Shown piece after piece: positions 31,690 through 41,466 of a stretch of DNA of 64,000 nucleotides. The DNA comes from an uncultured Gemmatimonadales bacterium (GTDB lineage: Bacteria > Gemmatimonadota > Gemmatimonadetes > Gemmatimonadales > GWC2-71-9), in NCBI GenBank assembly GCA_963748815.1, contig CAVVKJ010000019.1, positions 49,907 through 113,906 on the forward strand, in the 5' to 3' direction. The notes beneath the pieces are model-generated. The model did no database searches. It was not told the DNA's origin and worked only from the letters and a program-made list of their open reading frames with translations. Position numbers and translations under genes: made by a program. Numbering within the stretch: position 1 is the first letter of the stretch; every line of letters begins with the position of its first letter.

Positions 31690-32753
31690 CGGGCGTAGAT
31701 CTCCGCCGTGGCGCCGGCCATCGCGCGGTACTCGGCAATCAATTCCTTCGGCGCCACCGGCGTCGCGTCACCCGCCAACGACAAGAGCCACCGCGCGAAA
31801 GCATCCACCCGCCGCACCTGGAACTTCCGCCGGTCGGGATGATTATTGACCGGTGCGCCGAGGCGGGCGGCGGCACGCGCCGGGCCGGAGCGGCGGTCGA
31901 ACTCCACCTCCGCCGTCATCGCGTGGCCGTCGCCCAGTTCCCACGCCTGCCGGGACTGTGCGTGCTTCTTCAGCGAGAACTTCTCCGGTACGGCGTAGTC
32001 CGGCGTCCCCGGTGCCTGCCCATTTGCTGCCGCTCCCGTCATCCGGCTCAACCGGAAGTTCTTGACGATCTCTTCCTCCGGCGCGCGCGCCGCCAGGTAC
32101 CAGTGCCGCCCCAGGAAGAAGAGCCCCATCGGCTCGACGGTGCGCTCCGCCTCCTCGTTGCGACCCATCGATCGATACGTGAAGGTGACGCGCTTCCGCC
32201 GCTCCAGCGCCCCGGCCAGCACGTCGAAAATCTCGTCGTGATTCTCGACCGGACCCGCCACCTGCACTTCAGGCGCGCGGGACGCATCCACCGGCAGGTC
32301 GAACGCCAGCTTGCGGCACGCCGAATCGGCCAGCGCCGCCAGCTCCGGCACGCCCAGCGCCCGCACCCGCGCCGCTGCCTCGGCCACCGCCGCGAGCTCG
32401 TCCGGCTCGAACGCCAGCCCGGCCAGCGCCTTGTAGCCGTAGCGGTCCACCCGCTTCGGCGCCGTCTTTCGTCCCTCCACCACCATCGACAGATACGGCA
32501 GATAGAATTCCTTCGCCGCCAGCCGGTATCCCTCGGCCTCTCCCTCGGGCGACAGCACCGTCTCGATCGGCACGCCGAAGGCGCGGAGCTCGTCCTTGTC
32601 CCGCTCGAACATCCGCCGGAGCGCCGCCTTGCTCTGCTTCCCTGGCTGATACCCCGGCACCTCCTGCGCCAGCTCGTCAAATGAGACGGCGTACCGCCGC
32701 CTGAGGAGTGCGGCGAGCAGATCAATCCAGCGCTGGAGCTTCGGTGCAGCCAT
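31686..32753 (-). CDS. pafB: PafB-like HTH-WYL-WCX transcription regulator
   Basis: RRMFERDKDELRAFGVPI PafB signature, RTVEP.G, HWYL, FRLSRM. Confidence 0.8.
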   Translation of the reverse strand: MAAPKLQRWIDLLAALLRRRYAVSFDELAQEVPGYQPGKQSKAALRRMFERDKDELRAFGVPIETVLSPEGEAEGYRLAAKEFYLPYLSMVVEGRKTAPKRVDRYGYKALAGLAFEPDELAAVAEAAARVRALGVPELAALADSACRKLAFDLPVDASRAPEVQVAGPVENHDEIFDVLAGALERRKRVTFTYRSMGRNEEAERTVEPMGLFFLGRHWYLAARAPEEEIVKNFRLSRMTGAAANGQAPGTPDYAVPEKFSLKKHAQSRQAWELGDGHAMTAEVEFDRRSGPARAAARLGAPVNNHPDRRKFQVRRVDAFARWLLSLAGDATPVAPKELIAEYRAMAGATAEIYAR

Positions 32754-35700
32754 CAGTCCGCCTTGTCGTTGACACCGGGACACCACCCGACCCGCTTGTA
32801 CCCGCAGAACCCGCATTCCTTCGGATGGGCGGTCAGCTCCGCGCCGCCCGCGTCGATGGCGGCCAGCGCGTCCTGCACGCGGCGCCGCGCCCCGGCCCGC
32901 TCTTCATCATCGATCGGCGTGCTGACCTGCGTCTCGGCGCGCGAGTACTGGAACGCGAACCGCGCCACTGGCATTCCGCCGATCGCCTCGGCGGCGGTCA
33001 CGTACACGTCCCGCTGCAGCGCGTACCGGGCCGCGTTCGCGGCCGCCGCCGCGGCGTCACCCTGCGTGGTCTTCACGTCGAGCAGCACCAGGCCATCCGC
33101 CTCGCGGGCAGCCAAGTCGATCATCCCCTCGATCTGCCGGTCCGCTCCCACCAGGTGCACGAACGGCAACTCGTGGCGGCTGGTCGGGTTCTCGGCCACC
33201 GCCCGATATTCCGCTTGCTCGGCCACCAACCGGATCTCCTCGCGCAGCATCTCGCGCAGGTCGCGCTCCTCCGCCGAGTCGGGCGGCATCGCCGAATCAT
33301 CCCACCGACCGATCGCGGCATCGAGCAGCGCGTCGGTGTCGGCCTCCTCCTGCATCTGCTCCAGCACGTCGTGCACGATCTGCCCGCGCGCGATGGCGCC
33401 GAGGTATCCCTGTCCCGTCCGCTCGACCGGCGGCTCCTTCAGCCCCGCCACGTATCGCAGCCAGTGCCGCCGAGCGCAGCGCCCGTGACTCATCAGCGAG
33501 GTGGCCGAATGGCGCGCCGGACCCACGGCCACCGGGAGCGGGCCAACCTGCGCCGGCAACTCCGCCGGGAGCGGCTCGACCCACGGATCTGGCGCCTCGA
33601 CGGACGGTACCGGGGGACGAGGTGGTGCGAGGTGCACCGTCGCCACGAACTTTCGTCCTCCCTGGCCGGCATACTCAACCTCCCCCCCGTCGACCACCGG
33701 CACGGCGAGTCGTCCCAGCAAGGCTCTGGCTGGGGCAGCTCCACTGCTGGTCGCGCCGCAGACTCCCGCCAGGGTCGATCGCTGCTTGGCCCGCGTGGCC
33801 GCCACATACCAGAGGCGCTTGTGCTCCGCGGCCGACTCCGCATCCTGCTCCGCCTTCAGCGCCGTCCACTCGGCGGGCTGCGGGTCATCCTTGCCGGCAT
33901 CGGGATCCTTGAGCGCCAGCGTATCCCGGCCGATGAGGCAGGCGTCGGCGCCCCAGCCCCCGCCGGTCACCGGTTTCCGTTCGAGGTCGCACCAGAAGAC
34001 GGTGTGCCACTCGAGCCCTTTGGCGCTGTGGATCGTGGTGAGCGTCATGACATCGTCGGTCGGGCCGTACAGCCGTTCATCTCCTTCTCGATCCTCGCGA
34101 TCGCGGATGTCCCTGATGATCTGCAGGAAGTCGCCCACGCTCGAACCCGACTGCTGTCGGGCGATGCGCAGGAACTTTCGCACGTTGGCGATCGCCTGAT
34201 TCCCCTGCGCGCCCTGCAGCACCAGGTGGCCCAGGTAACCGCTCCGGTCGAGAAGCCCTTCGAGCAGTTCGTGGATCGGCACGCGATCCCGAAGCACCAT
34301 CCGTTCCCGCAGCAGCTCGATTCCCTCGGCAAGCCGTCCGGTTTCGGCCGTGACCGCCTGCGCCAGCGCATCCCACTGCGGCGAGTCCCCCTGCCAGGCG
34401 ATCTGTAGCAGCGTTTCGTCCCTGAGCCCGACGAAGGGACTCCGCAGGAATCCCAGGAGCGCCCGGTCGTCCCGCGGATCCCGGATCGTCTCCAGCGCGA
34501 GGATGAGATCCAGCACCTCGCGCCGCTGGTAGAGTCCCTCGCCCCGCAGGGTGTAGGTCGGGACACCCGCCCGTTCCAGCGCCCGCTGGTAGATCTCCAC
34601 GTCTCCCATCCCGGCAAAGAGCGCCGCCATCTCACGGTATGGGACACCCTCCGCCTTCAGCTGCACCGCACGGCGAGCCACCGCCTCCGCCTCCGCCATC
34701 CGGCGCGGTTCCGCGGTGAGCGGCTCGCCGTCGGCGTCGCCCGGCACCACCAGGATTTCCACGGCCCGGTCCGCTGGTCCCTCGGTGGTGTCCACCGCCG
34801 TGACCGAGCGGTAGTTCACCTCGAAGTCCCGGATCGTCGTCCCGTCGATCGGCGTGTCGAGCACCGGCCCGACGGTGGCATCCACGAACCCGAGAATCGG
34901 CGCGACGCTGCGGAAGTTGTCCTCCAGCGCCACGACCGTGCCCAGCCCGCCCTCCTCGAACGCCCGCTCGACCCCACGCCAAACCGTCACGTCGGCGCCG
35001 CGGAAGCGGTAGATGCTCTGCTTCGGGTCGCCGACCAGCATCAGGCGTGTGGTATCCGCTCGACCTGACTCAGGGTCGGCCAGCAGCCAGGCGATGTCCC
35101 GCTGCACCGGGTCCACGTCCTGGAACTCGTCCAAGATCAGTGTCCGCAACCGGCGCTGCAGCAGCCGTCGAACCGATCCGTCGTTCCGCAGCAGGTCCCG
35201 CGTCCACACGATCATCCGATCGAAATCGATCGCGCCCTCGTCTTCCAGTCGACGCTCCAGCAGCAGCCGCGCCCGCTCCGCCAGCTCGGCCACTGCCCGC
35301 TCGCCCTCTCCGAGGCGCGTCGACTGCCGAATCCTCCTCAGCCGGTCGCCATCGCCGAGGAGGCGACGCACCCACCCTTCCACCTCGTCCTGGCGGCGCT
35401 GGGCCAGCAGGGCCTCCAGCCCCGGCACCGCATCCGCATCCAGCGCCTCGATCAGTGCGTCGCGCACCGCCTCAGCGGCCCGTGACCCGCTCTCCCCCTC
35501 CTCGAGCACGTTCATTCCGGGGTTCTGACCCGACCGCAGCGCCGACTCGCGGAGGATGTCACCACAAAATCCGTGGATCGTCCCGATCCGCGAGTTGTCG
35601 ACCTGGTAGGCGACGTCGCCCAGTCCCGCCTCCCGGAGTGCCGCGCGGAGCTTGCGTTTCAGGTCGGCGGCAGCGGCGTTGGTGAAGGTGATCGCCCCGA

Positions 35701-35878
35701 TCTCCTGCAGGTCGATGGGCGACTCGATCCGTTCTCCCCCCACCTCCGCGCCGAGGAGGTAAAGGATGCGCGCCACGACGGTGGAGGTCTTGCCGGTGCC
35801 GGCTCCGGCCGCCACCAGCACGTGGCGGTCGACGGCGCGGATCGCCTGCCATTGCGACGGCGTGGGTTGCCGCCTCAC
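32753..35878 (-). CDS. addA: AddA/AdnB-like UvrD helicase-nuclease
   Basis: AGAGTGKT, ITFTNAAA, DEFQD, VGDPKQSIYRFRGA, TIHSAKGLE, YVAATRA; nuclease GMID...DVK with 4 Cys. Confidence 0.9.
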   Translation of the reverse strand: MRRQPTPSQWQAIRAVDRHVLVAAGAGTGKTSTVVARILYLLGAEVGGERIESPIDLQEIGAITFTNAAAADLKRKLRAALREAGLGDVAYQVDNSRIGTIHGFCGDILRESALRSGQNPGMNVLEEGESGSRAAEAVRDALIEALDADAVPGLEALLAQRRQDEVEGWVRRLLGDGDRLRRIRQSTRLGEGERAVAELAERARLLLERRLEDEGAIDFDRMIVWTRDLLRNDGSVRRLLQRRLRTLILDEFQDVDPVQRDIAWLLADPESGRADTTRLMLVGDPKQSIYRFRGADVTVWRGVERAFEEGGLGTVVALEDNFRSVAPILGFVDATVGPVLDTPIDGTTIRDFEVNYRSVTAVDTTEGPADRAVEILVVPGDADGEPLTAEPRRMAEAEAVARRAVQLKAEGVPYREMAALFAGMGDVEIYQRALERAGVPTYTLRGEGLYQRREVLDLILALETIRDPRDDRALLGFLRSPFVGLRDETLLQIAWQGDSPQWDALAQAVTAETGRLAEGIELLRERMVLRDRVPIHELLEGLLDRSGYLGHLVLQGAQGNQAIANVRKFLRIARQQSGSSVGDFLQIIRDIRDREDREGDERLYGPTDDVMTLTTIHSAKGLEWHTVFWCDLERKPVTGGGWGADACLIGRDTLALKDPDAGKDDPQPAEWTALKAEQDAESAAEHKRLWYVAATRAKQRSTLAGVCGATSSGAAPARALLGRLAVPVVDGGEVEYAGQGGRKFVATVHLAPPRPPVPSVEAPDPWVEPLPAELPAQVGPLPVAVGPARHSATSLMSHGRCARRHWLRYVAGLKEPPVERTGQGYLGAIARGQIVHDVLEQMQEEADTDALLDAAIGRWDDSAMPPDSAEERDLREMLREEIRLVAEQAEYRAVAENPTSRHELPFVHLVGADRQIEGMIDLAAREADGLVLLDVKTTQGDAAAAAANAARYALQRDVYVTAAEAIGGMPVARFAFQYSRAETQVSTPIDDEERAGARRRVQDALAAIDAGGAELTAHPKECGFCGYKRVGWCPGVNDKAD

Positions 35879-38800
35879 ACCGCCTCCCGCGGCCCGCCGG
35901 CCACTCGGCAGATGTCGCGCGCATGGCAGAACGAGGGACAGCCGCAGGAGGGCGGCGGGTTGGCGGGGAATGCGCCGCCGCGCACACTCAGGACGTGGCG
36001 CACTACGGCGTCGAGCGCGGCGTCCATCCGGGTCGCGTCCTCACCGCCGGTGAGCAGCGTCTTCGCCTTGCGATCCACGCTGACCAGCTGGAGACTGTGC
36101 ACCGCCTCCCGCTGCTTCAGCGCGCGATACTCCACTCGCGATACCACCGTGCCCGGCCGCAGCGCCGAAAGGGCGTGGGCGTAGAGCGGCACCTGGAGCA
36201 CCACCCCCTCGTCCCACGCCTTCTTCTTGCCCCCGCCCGGCGCGGCGTACTTGCTCGACTTGTAGTCCACCGCCGCGACGTAGTGGCTCGACTCGACCCG
36301 CTCGTCGATGCCGACTTCCACCCGGTCGATGGTGCCCCGGAACCGGAACCGGACGCCTCCCCGTTCGAGGACCGCGTCCGTGAAGCTCAGCTCGTGGCGC
36401 TCCACGCCGGTCCGGAGCACGAACGCGTTGTTGGTGCGATTGTTGAACAGCTTCTCGTTGTAGGCGATCTCGAACTCGAGGTAGCGCGTCAGCATCCGCG
36501 CCATGTTGGCCCGCTTCGCGGGGGCGAGGGAGGGATGGCCGAGCCAGTCCGTCTCCCCCGAGGCGTCGAGGGCCGCGTCGAGCGCGGCGCGGAGCCGCGG
36601 GATCGCCTCCGCGTGGTCGCCCTTGAGGAGCAGGACCGGCTCGCCGCGCCGCGCAAACTCCCCGTCGAAGAACCGGGCGAGCGCGTCGTGGAGGACGGTA
36701 CCGAAGGTCCTCGGGTCCATCTCGTCTTCCGGATCCTTCCGTTCCGAAATGCCGAGCAGCCTCGACGAGAAGTACGCCCAGGGACACTTGGCGTACGCCT
36801 CGAGCTGGGTCGGGCTCCAGAGGTACTCGTCCCCGAACTGCCGGCCCAGTCGCGCGACGAGGTCCCGATCGGTGATCTGGCCGTTCCAGGGACCGGGCAG
36901 ACCCCTGGCTCGGTCCAGCTCGACGCGCGCCGCATACTCCGCCTGTCGCGCTGCGCCAGGAGTCGCGGCGATCCGCACGCCGGGCGTGAGCACGCGCGAC
37001 GGCGTCAGGGTGTCCTCCGCGAGCGTCGCCACTTCGCCGAGCGCCTCGATGAACGCGCTCCGCACCACTTCCCGGCTGGCCGGATCGATGCTCGCGTACG
37101 ATACCGTGAGCGACTCCTGGGCTCCCGCAACAAGGACCCGGAAGAGTTCGCGTTCGCGGCGCTCCCACTCGGCGCGGAGCTCCAGCGAAACGCCCCCTGC
37201 CACGAGCGACGCCCGCTCCGATTCGTCGAGCAGTGGAGAGCCGGGCGCGCGCACCGGGAAGCGGCCCGACTCCATCCCCACCACGAACAGGTGGCGGACA
37301 TGCCGGTACATCCCGGCAAGACCCTCAACCACCGGCACGCCCCGCCGGTTCGGCGACCAGAGCGCGATCTCGTGATCCAGCAGGTCGGTGAGTTGTGCGT
37401 GGAGATCCACGGCGCCGAGCGCGGTCGGGCTGGAGCCCCACTCCTCGACCGCCGTTTGCCACTCCTCCACCAGCGTCGTCAGTCCCTTCCATCCCTGGAG
37501 GTCGAGCCGCACCACGTCGAACCGGTCGCCCGGGACGCGCTCGATGCGCGCCTTCATCTGCCACGGATCGTCGGTGAGGAACCGGTGCAGCCAGGCGAGC
37601 CACTCCCTGAGCGGCTGGCGGACGTCGAGTTCGCGGGCCTGCGCAGCGAATCGGTCGAAGGTGGCTGATTTGCCGTCGGGCGCTGCATCTCGAATGGCCG
37701 CCGCCCACTGCTCCAGGCCGCTCACGCGGCGCGCGAACCCGATCGCGTTGATCTGCGCGGCGTCCACGTCGTTCTCGAAGTACGGCTGGTCGGCCAGCTC
37801 CGCGAGCCCGTGCCGGGACCATCCGTCGGCGGCGGCGCCGAAGAGCGCGGCCAGGGCGCGGACCACGGGGATATCGCGCAGTGCGTGCCGGCGGCGCAGG
37901 GTGGCGGGCACCCCGAACCGTTCCAGCGCGGCGGCGGCCATCTCGGTATAGGGACGGGCCTGGCGGGCCACCACCGCCATCCGGTGCAGCGGGACCCCGT
38001 TGTCCGCCAGTTCCCGGATGCGGCGCGCCACTTCCTCCATTTCGCGCTCCACGTCCGGCGCGGCGATGACCGCGACCGTTCCGGTGCGTGCCGTCGGGGA
38101 TGAACTGAATAGCCGGGTGGCGATTGCCTCCGGCTCCTCGAGGCGCTTCACGGTCGGCGCGAGATCGTCACGGAGGTCGAGGAGTTCCGACGAGTAGATG
38201 GTGATGCGATCGAGGGCGGGGTGAGCGCGAAGCGCGCGGAGGAGTGGGCGCCACCCGTTCCGGAGATCCTGCAAACCGAAGAGCCGGAGCTCACGGCGGC
38301 CGCCGAGCTGCTCGGTCGTCCGGTCAGGATCGGCCAGAATGGCCTGGGCGCAGTCCGCCCAGCCATCGCGTCCGTCCCGGCGCCCCGCGGCATTGAGTGC
38401 CTCGAGGTACCCGGCGTAAATGGCCGCGAGCTCGGCATCGCGCACCTGCTCGAAGTCGTCCCTTCCGTCCCGCCCCGCCAGCGCATTTGCGAAGTGCGCC
38501 GGTTCGACTCCCTCACTGACCAACTCACCGATGAGCCGATCCACCGCCGAGAGGAATCGTTCGAGGTGCCTGAGCCGGCCGAGGAGGCCGGTGGCGCGCT
38601 CGCGGATCAGGCGGGCGAGAAGGGTGCGGCGGTCGAGCTCGGTCAGCGGCCGCCGATCGGTCCGGCCCAGCCACGTCGGGAGTTCCTGGAAGGTGAAGAG
38701 CGGCGGATCATACCAGCCACCCACCCCCCGTTCGAAGGCGAGGGCGTAGAGGTCATCCCGGATGCCCCCCTGCCGGAGCGCCAGGACGACCGATGGTGAC

Positions 38801-38919
38801 GGGAATGGATTCTCTGGGGTGGCACGTTGTGGGACCAGGAACTCCGCCGCCGCCTGCTCGAGCAGCAGTCGGGGATCGGTGCCGAGGATCAGGTGCAGCT
38901 CGGCCTGGGCAGTGGCCAC
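35875..38919 (-). CDS. addB: AddB/AdnA-like inactive helicase-nuclease
   Basis: SPTQLEAYAKCPW, GTVLH, GTIDRV, VDYK, LQVPLY, C-terminal Cys cluster; no Walker A. Confidence 0.85.
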   Translation of the reverse strand: MATAQAELHLILGTDPRLLLEQAAAEFLVPQRATPENPFPSPSVVLALRQGGIRDDLYALAFERGVGGWYDPPLFTFQELPTWLGRTDRRPLTELDRRTLLARLIRERATGLLGRLRHLERFLSAVDRLIGELVSEGVEPAHFANALAGRDGRDDFEQVRDAELAAIYAGYLEALNAAGRRDGRDGWADCAQAILADPDRTTEQLGGRRELRLFGLQDLRNGWRPLLRALRAHPALDRITIYSSELLDLRDDLAPTVKRLEEPEAIATRLFSSSPTARTGTVAVIAAPDVEREMEEVARRIRELADNGVPLHRMAVVARQARPYTEMAAAALERFGVPATLRRRHALRDIPVVRALAALFGAAADGWSRHGLAELADQPYFENDVDAAQINAIGFARRVSGLEQWAAAIRDAAPDGKSATFDRFAAQARELDVRQPLREWLAWLHRFLTDDPWQMKARIERVPGDRFDVVRLDLQGWKGLTTLVEEWQTAVEEWGSSPTALGAVDLHAQLTDLLDHEIALWSPNRRGVPVVEGLAGMYRHVRHLFVVGMESGRFPVRAPGSPLLDESERASLVAGGVSLELRAEWERRERELFRVLVAGAQESLTVSYASIDPASREVVRSAFIEALGEVATLAEDTLTPSRVLTPGVRIAATPGAARQAEYAARVELDRARGLPGPWNGQITDRDLVARLGRQFGDEYLWSPTQLEAYAKCPWAYFSSRLLGISERKDPEDEMDPRTFGTVLHDALARFFDGEFARRGEPVLLLKGDHAEAIPRLRAALDAALDASGETDWLGHPSLAPAKRANMARMLTRYLEFEIAYNEKLFNNRTNNAFVLRTGVERHELSFTDAVLERGGVRFRFRGTIDRVEVGIDERVESSHYVAAVDYKSSKYAAPGGGKKKAWDEGVVLQVPLYAHALSALRPGTVVSRVEYRALKQREAVHSLQLVSVDRKAKTLLTGGEDATRMDAALDAVVRHVLSVRGGAFPANPPPSCGCPSFCHARDICRVAGGPREAV

Positions 38920-38954
38920 GCTCGGCTCCGGACGTCGAAGAGGATGGAGGGGTC

Positions 38955-39018
38955 AATCTCACCCCGGCGTGTGACAGACCTTCATGCTCCAGGGATTGTC
39001 ACACCCCCATCTCAAGGT
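38955..39018. promoter_or_regulatory. Divergent pair of PafBC-type promoter motifs
   Basis: - strand TGTCAC-N10-GAGATT (38976-38955) toward addB; + strand TGTCAC-N10-CAAGGT (38997-39018) toward the acidic ORF. Confidence 0.7.
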
Positions 39019-39103
39019 AAGATATCGCTCTTCGCGTCTTCGCGTCTTCGCGTGAGCTGCGGGCGAGCGCACCGTATCCTGCCGCGGGAGGAGGGTGGAC
39101 TCT

Positions 39104-39307
39104 ATGGACAACATCTTCGACGATCCCTACATCTACTTCATGTTCGAGGACGAGGAAGACGAGGAGAAGAAGCGTCGCCAGGACGCGTTGCAGGAGGAAC
39201 GCCGGGAAGAGCGGCGGATGGAACGGGAAGCCGAGCGGGAATTTGGGGACAGCGACGAGGAGGAGGAAGACCTACTGGACGACGACCTGGATGACGACGA
39301 CGAGTAG
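39104..39307 (+). CDS. Small, extremely acidic protein (67 aa, about half Asp/Glu)
   Basis: Strong RBS ggaggaggg; open frame. Confidence 0.6.
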   Translation: MDNIFDDPYIYFMFEDEEDEEKKRRQDALQEERREERRMEREAEREFGDSDEEEEDLLDDDLDDDDE

Positions 39308-39325
39308 GGCCTGCGGGGACGGCAC

Positions 39326-39588
39326 CTCACGCGAAGCCGCGAAGCGTTTTTTTGTCACTCTCGTCATTTTTCTAAGTTTTTGGCAATATTTTGGCATTTC
39401 TTGCCATCATTATGTCCATTTCTTGTCGTTTTCGCGTCTTCGCGCCTTCGCGAGAGCCCTCGGACCACTGCGGCAGCACCTATCAATCATTGACGAGAAT
39501 CAGGTTGTTTGTCGTATTTTTTCCGTATTTCCGGCTGTTTTCCGCTGTTTTCCATCGTTTCTGTTGAATTCCGCGCTTTCGCGTGAGC
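39326..39588. mobile_element. Putative non-autonomous element: inverted family-A repeats around a T-tract spacer
   Basis: Shares tttccggctgttttccgctgttttcc[a/c]tcgtttctgttgaa with 43153-43193. Confidence 0.55.
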
Positions 39589-39604
39589 CCCCAAGCCCTC
39601 ACCC

Positions 39605-39988
39605 CTACGGGTTGCACGGCACCCCTTCCCCACCGGACCCGTCTTCGAACCCGCAGCCGCAGGTCACCGCCGGGTCCACTACGACGGCGGCGTAGGTGAA
39701 GGGAGCCGCCTGGACCGTACAGCTCCCCGCCGAGACCGTCGCCCCGGCGGGATCAAGCACCGTCGTGGTGACCACGGTTCCGCCGGTGAACTCGGTGGTG
39801 ACCTGCTTCCAGGTGGCGGGCAGGATCGAGTAGGTGCCGATCGTCCGCGGCCCAACCTGTACCTGCACCCGCAGATCGGTCCTGGCCGTCGAGTTGAAGT
39901 AGTCGATGTGCGTCGGATCCTTGGCGCCCGTCGAGTCGGTGGCGCACCCCGCCACGAGCAGGACGAGAACCGCGAGCCTTCGGAACAT
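39605..39988 (-). CDS. Putative lipoprotein
   Basis: MFRRLAVLVLLVAGC lipobox. Confidence 0.65.
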   Translation of the reverse strand: MFRRLAVLVLLVAGCATDSTGAKDPTHIDYFNSTARTDLRVQVQVGPRTIGTYSILPATWKQVTTEFTGGTVVTTTVLDPAGATVSAGSCTVQAAPFTYAAVVVDPAVTCGCGFEDGSGGEGVPCNP

Positions 39989-40110
39989 GGTGCCCCCATG
40001 TCGTAATGGTGCCAGCCGCCAACGCTGGCCGATCCATAAACCTAGGCGCCGTTCCGCCGGAACGACATCGTCCACTAGCCCTCTCCATTTCTTCGCGCCA
40101 GATTGCCGGG

Positions 40111-41466
40111 ATGCGAACACTTCTCCTCGCCGCTGCCTTGGCCCTGCCGGCCGCGGCCACCGCCCAGACGCTCTCCGTCCCCACCGAGACCTTCACCCTC
40201 CCCAACGGGCTGACCGTCGTGGTCCACGAAGACCATGAGAACCCGCTGGTGGCCGTGAACGTCTGGTACCACGTTGGCTCCGGCCGCGAAGAAGAGGGCC
40301 GGAGCGGCTTCGCCCACCTCTTCGAGCACCTGATGTTCCAGGGATCGGCCAACGTCGCCGACGAACAGCATTTCGGCCTGGTGCAGGAGGCCGGCGGCAC
40401 CCTCAACGGCTCGACCAACACCGACCGCACCAACTACTACGAGACCGTGCCGTCCAACTACCTCGCCATGGCGATGTGGCTCGAGGCCGACCGGATGGGG
40501 TGGTTTCTCGACGGCGTCACCCAGGAAAAACTCGACAACCAGCGCGACGTGGTGAAGAACGAGCGCCGACAGAACTACGAGAACCGTCCCTACGGCATCG
40601 CCTCGATCCGGACCAACGAGCTGCTCTACCCCGACGACCATCCGTACCACCACCCCACCATCGGCTACCAAACCGACCTGACCGCGGCCACGCTCACCGA
40701 CGTGAAGGCGTTCTTTCAGCGCTGGTACGGTCCCAACAACGCGACGCTCGTGGTGGCGGGCGACGTGACCGCGGCGCAGGTGCGTGAACTCGCGGAGCAG
40801 TACTATGGGCCGATTGCGCGGGGCCCGGACGTGGCCAAGCCGGCGCCGCGTCCCGCCGTGCTCACCGTCGACAAGCGGCAGACGATGGAAGACCGCGTCA
40901 CGCTCGCCCGTCTGACCCTCAGCTGGCCCGGGATAGAGATGTGGAACGCCGACCAGGCCCCCCTCTCAGTGCTCGCCGGCATCCTCGGGTCCGGCAAGAC
41001 CGGCCGGCTCTACGAGCGGCTGGTCTACACCGAGGAGGTGGCCCAGAGCGTTTTCGCCTTCAGCAGCTCGGCGGAGATTGCGGGCGCGTTCAACGTCACC
41101 CTCACGGCGCGCGACGGCGCCGGGTTGACCCAGCTCGAGCGGGAAACCCTTGAGGAGATCGCCCGCATCGCCACCGACGGGCCGACCCAGGCCGAGGTGC
41201 AGCAGGCCATCACCCGTGCGGAGGCGTCGTCGGTCTTCGGGCTGGTGTCGGTGGCCGGGGTGGCCGACCGAATCAACAGCTACCAGACCTTCCGTGGACA
41301 GGCCGATCTCTTCAACGAAGATCTGGCGCGTACTCGCGCCGTGACACCCGCCGACGTTCGCCGCGTGGCGCAGACCTACCTCCACGGCAAACCCAAGGTG
41401 GCGCTCTCGGTCGTCCCCCTCGGCAAGCCCGAACTCGCCTCGCAGCCGATGGAGACCACGCCATGA
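40111..41466 (+). CDS. M16 zinc peptidase, catalytic subunit
   Basis: HLFEH (HxxEH), NGSTNTDRTNY, VVKNERR. Confidence 0.92.
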   Translation: MRTLLLAAALALPAAATAQTLSVPTETFTLPNGLTVVVHEDHENPLVAVNVWYHVGSGREEEGRSGFAHLFEHLMFQGSANVADEQHFGLVQEAGGTLNGSTNTDRTNYYETVPSNYLAMAMWLEADRMGWFLDGVTQEKLDNQRDVVKNERRQNYENRPYGIASIRTNELLYPDDHPYHHPTIGYQTDLTAATLTDVKAFFQRWYGPNNATLVVAGDVTAAQVRELAEQYYGPIARGPDVAKPAPRPAVLTVDKRQTMEDRVTLARLTLSWPGIEMWNADQAPLSVLAGILGSGKTGRLYERLVYTEEVAQSVFAFSSSAEIAGAFNVTLTARDGAGLTQLERETLEEIARIATDGPTQAEVQQAITRAEASSVFGLVSVAGVADRINSYQTFRGQADLFNEDLARTRAVTPADVRRVAQTYLHGKPKVALSVVPLGKPELASQPMETTP

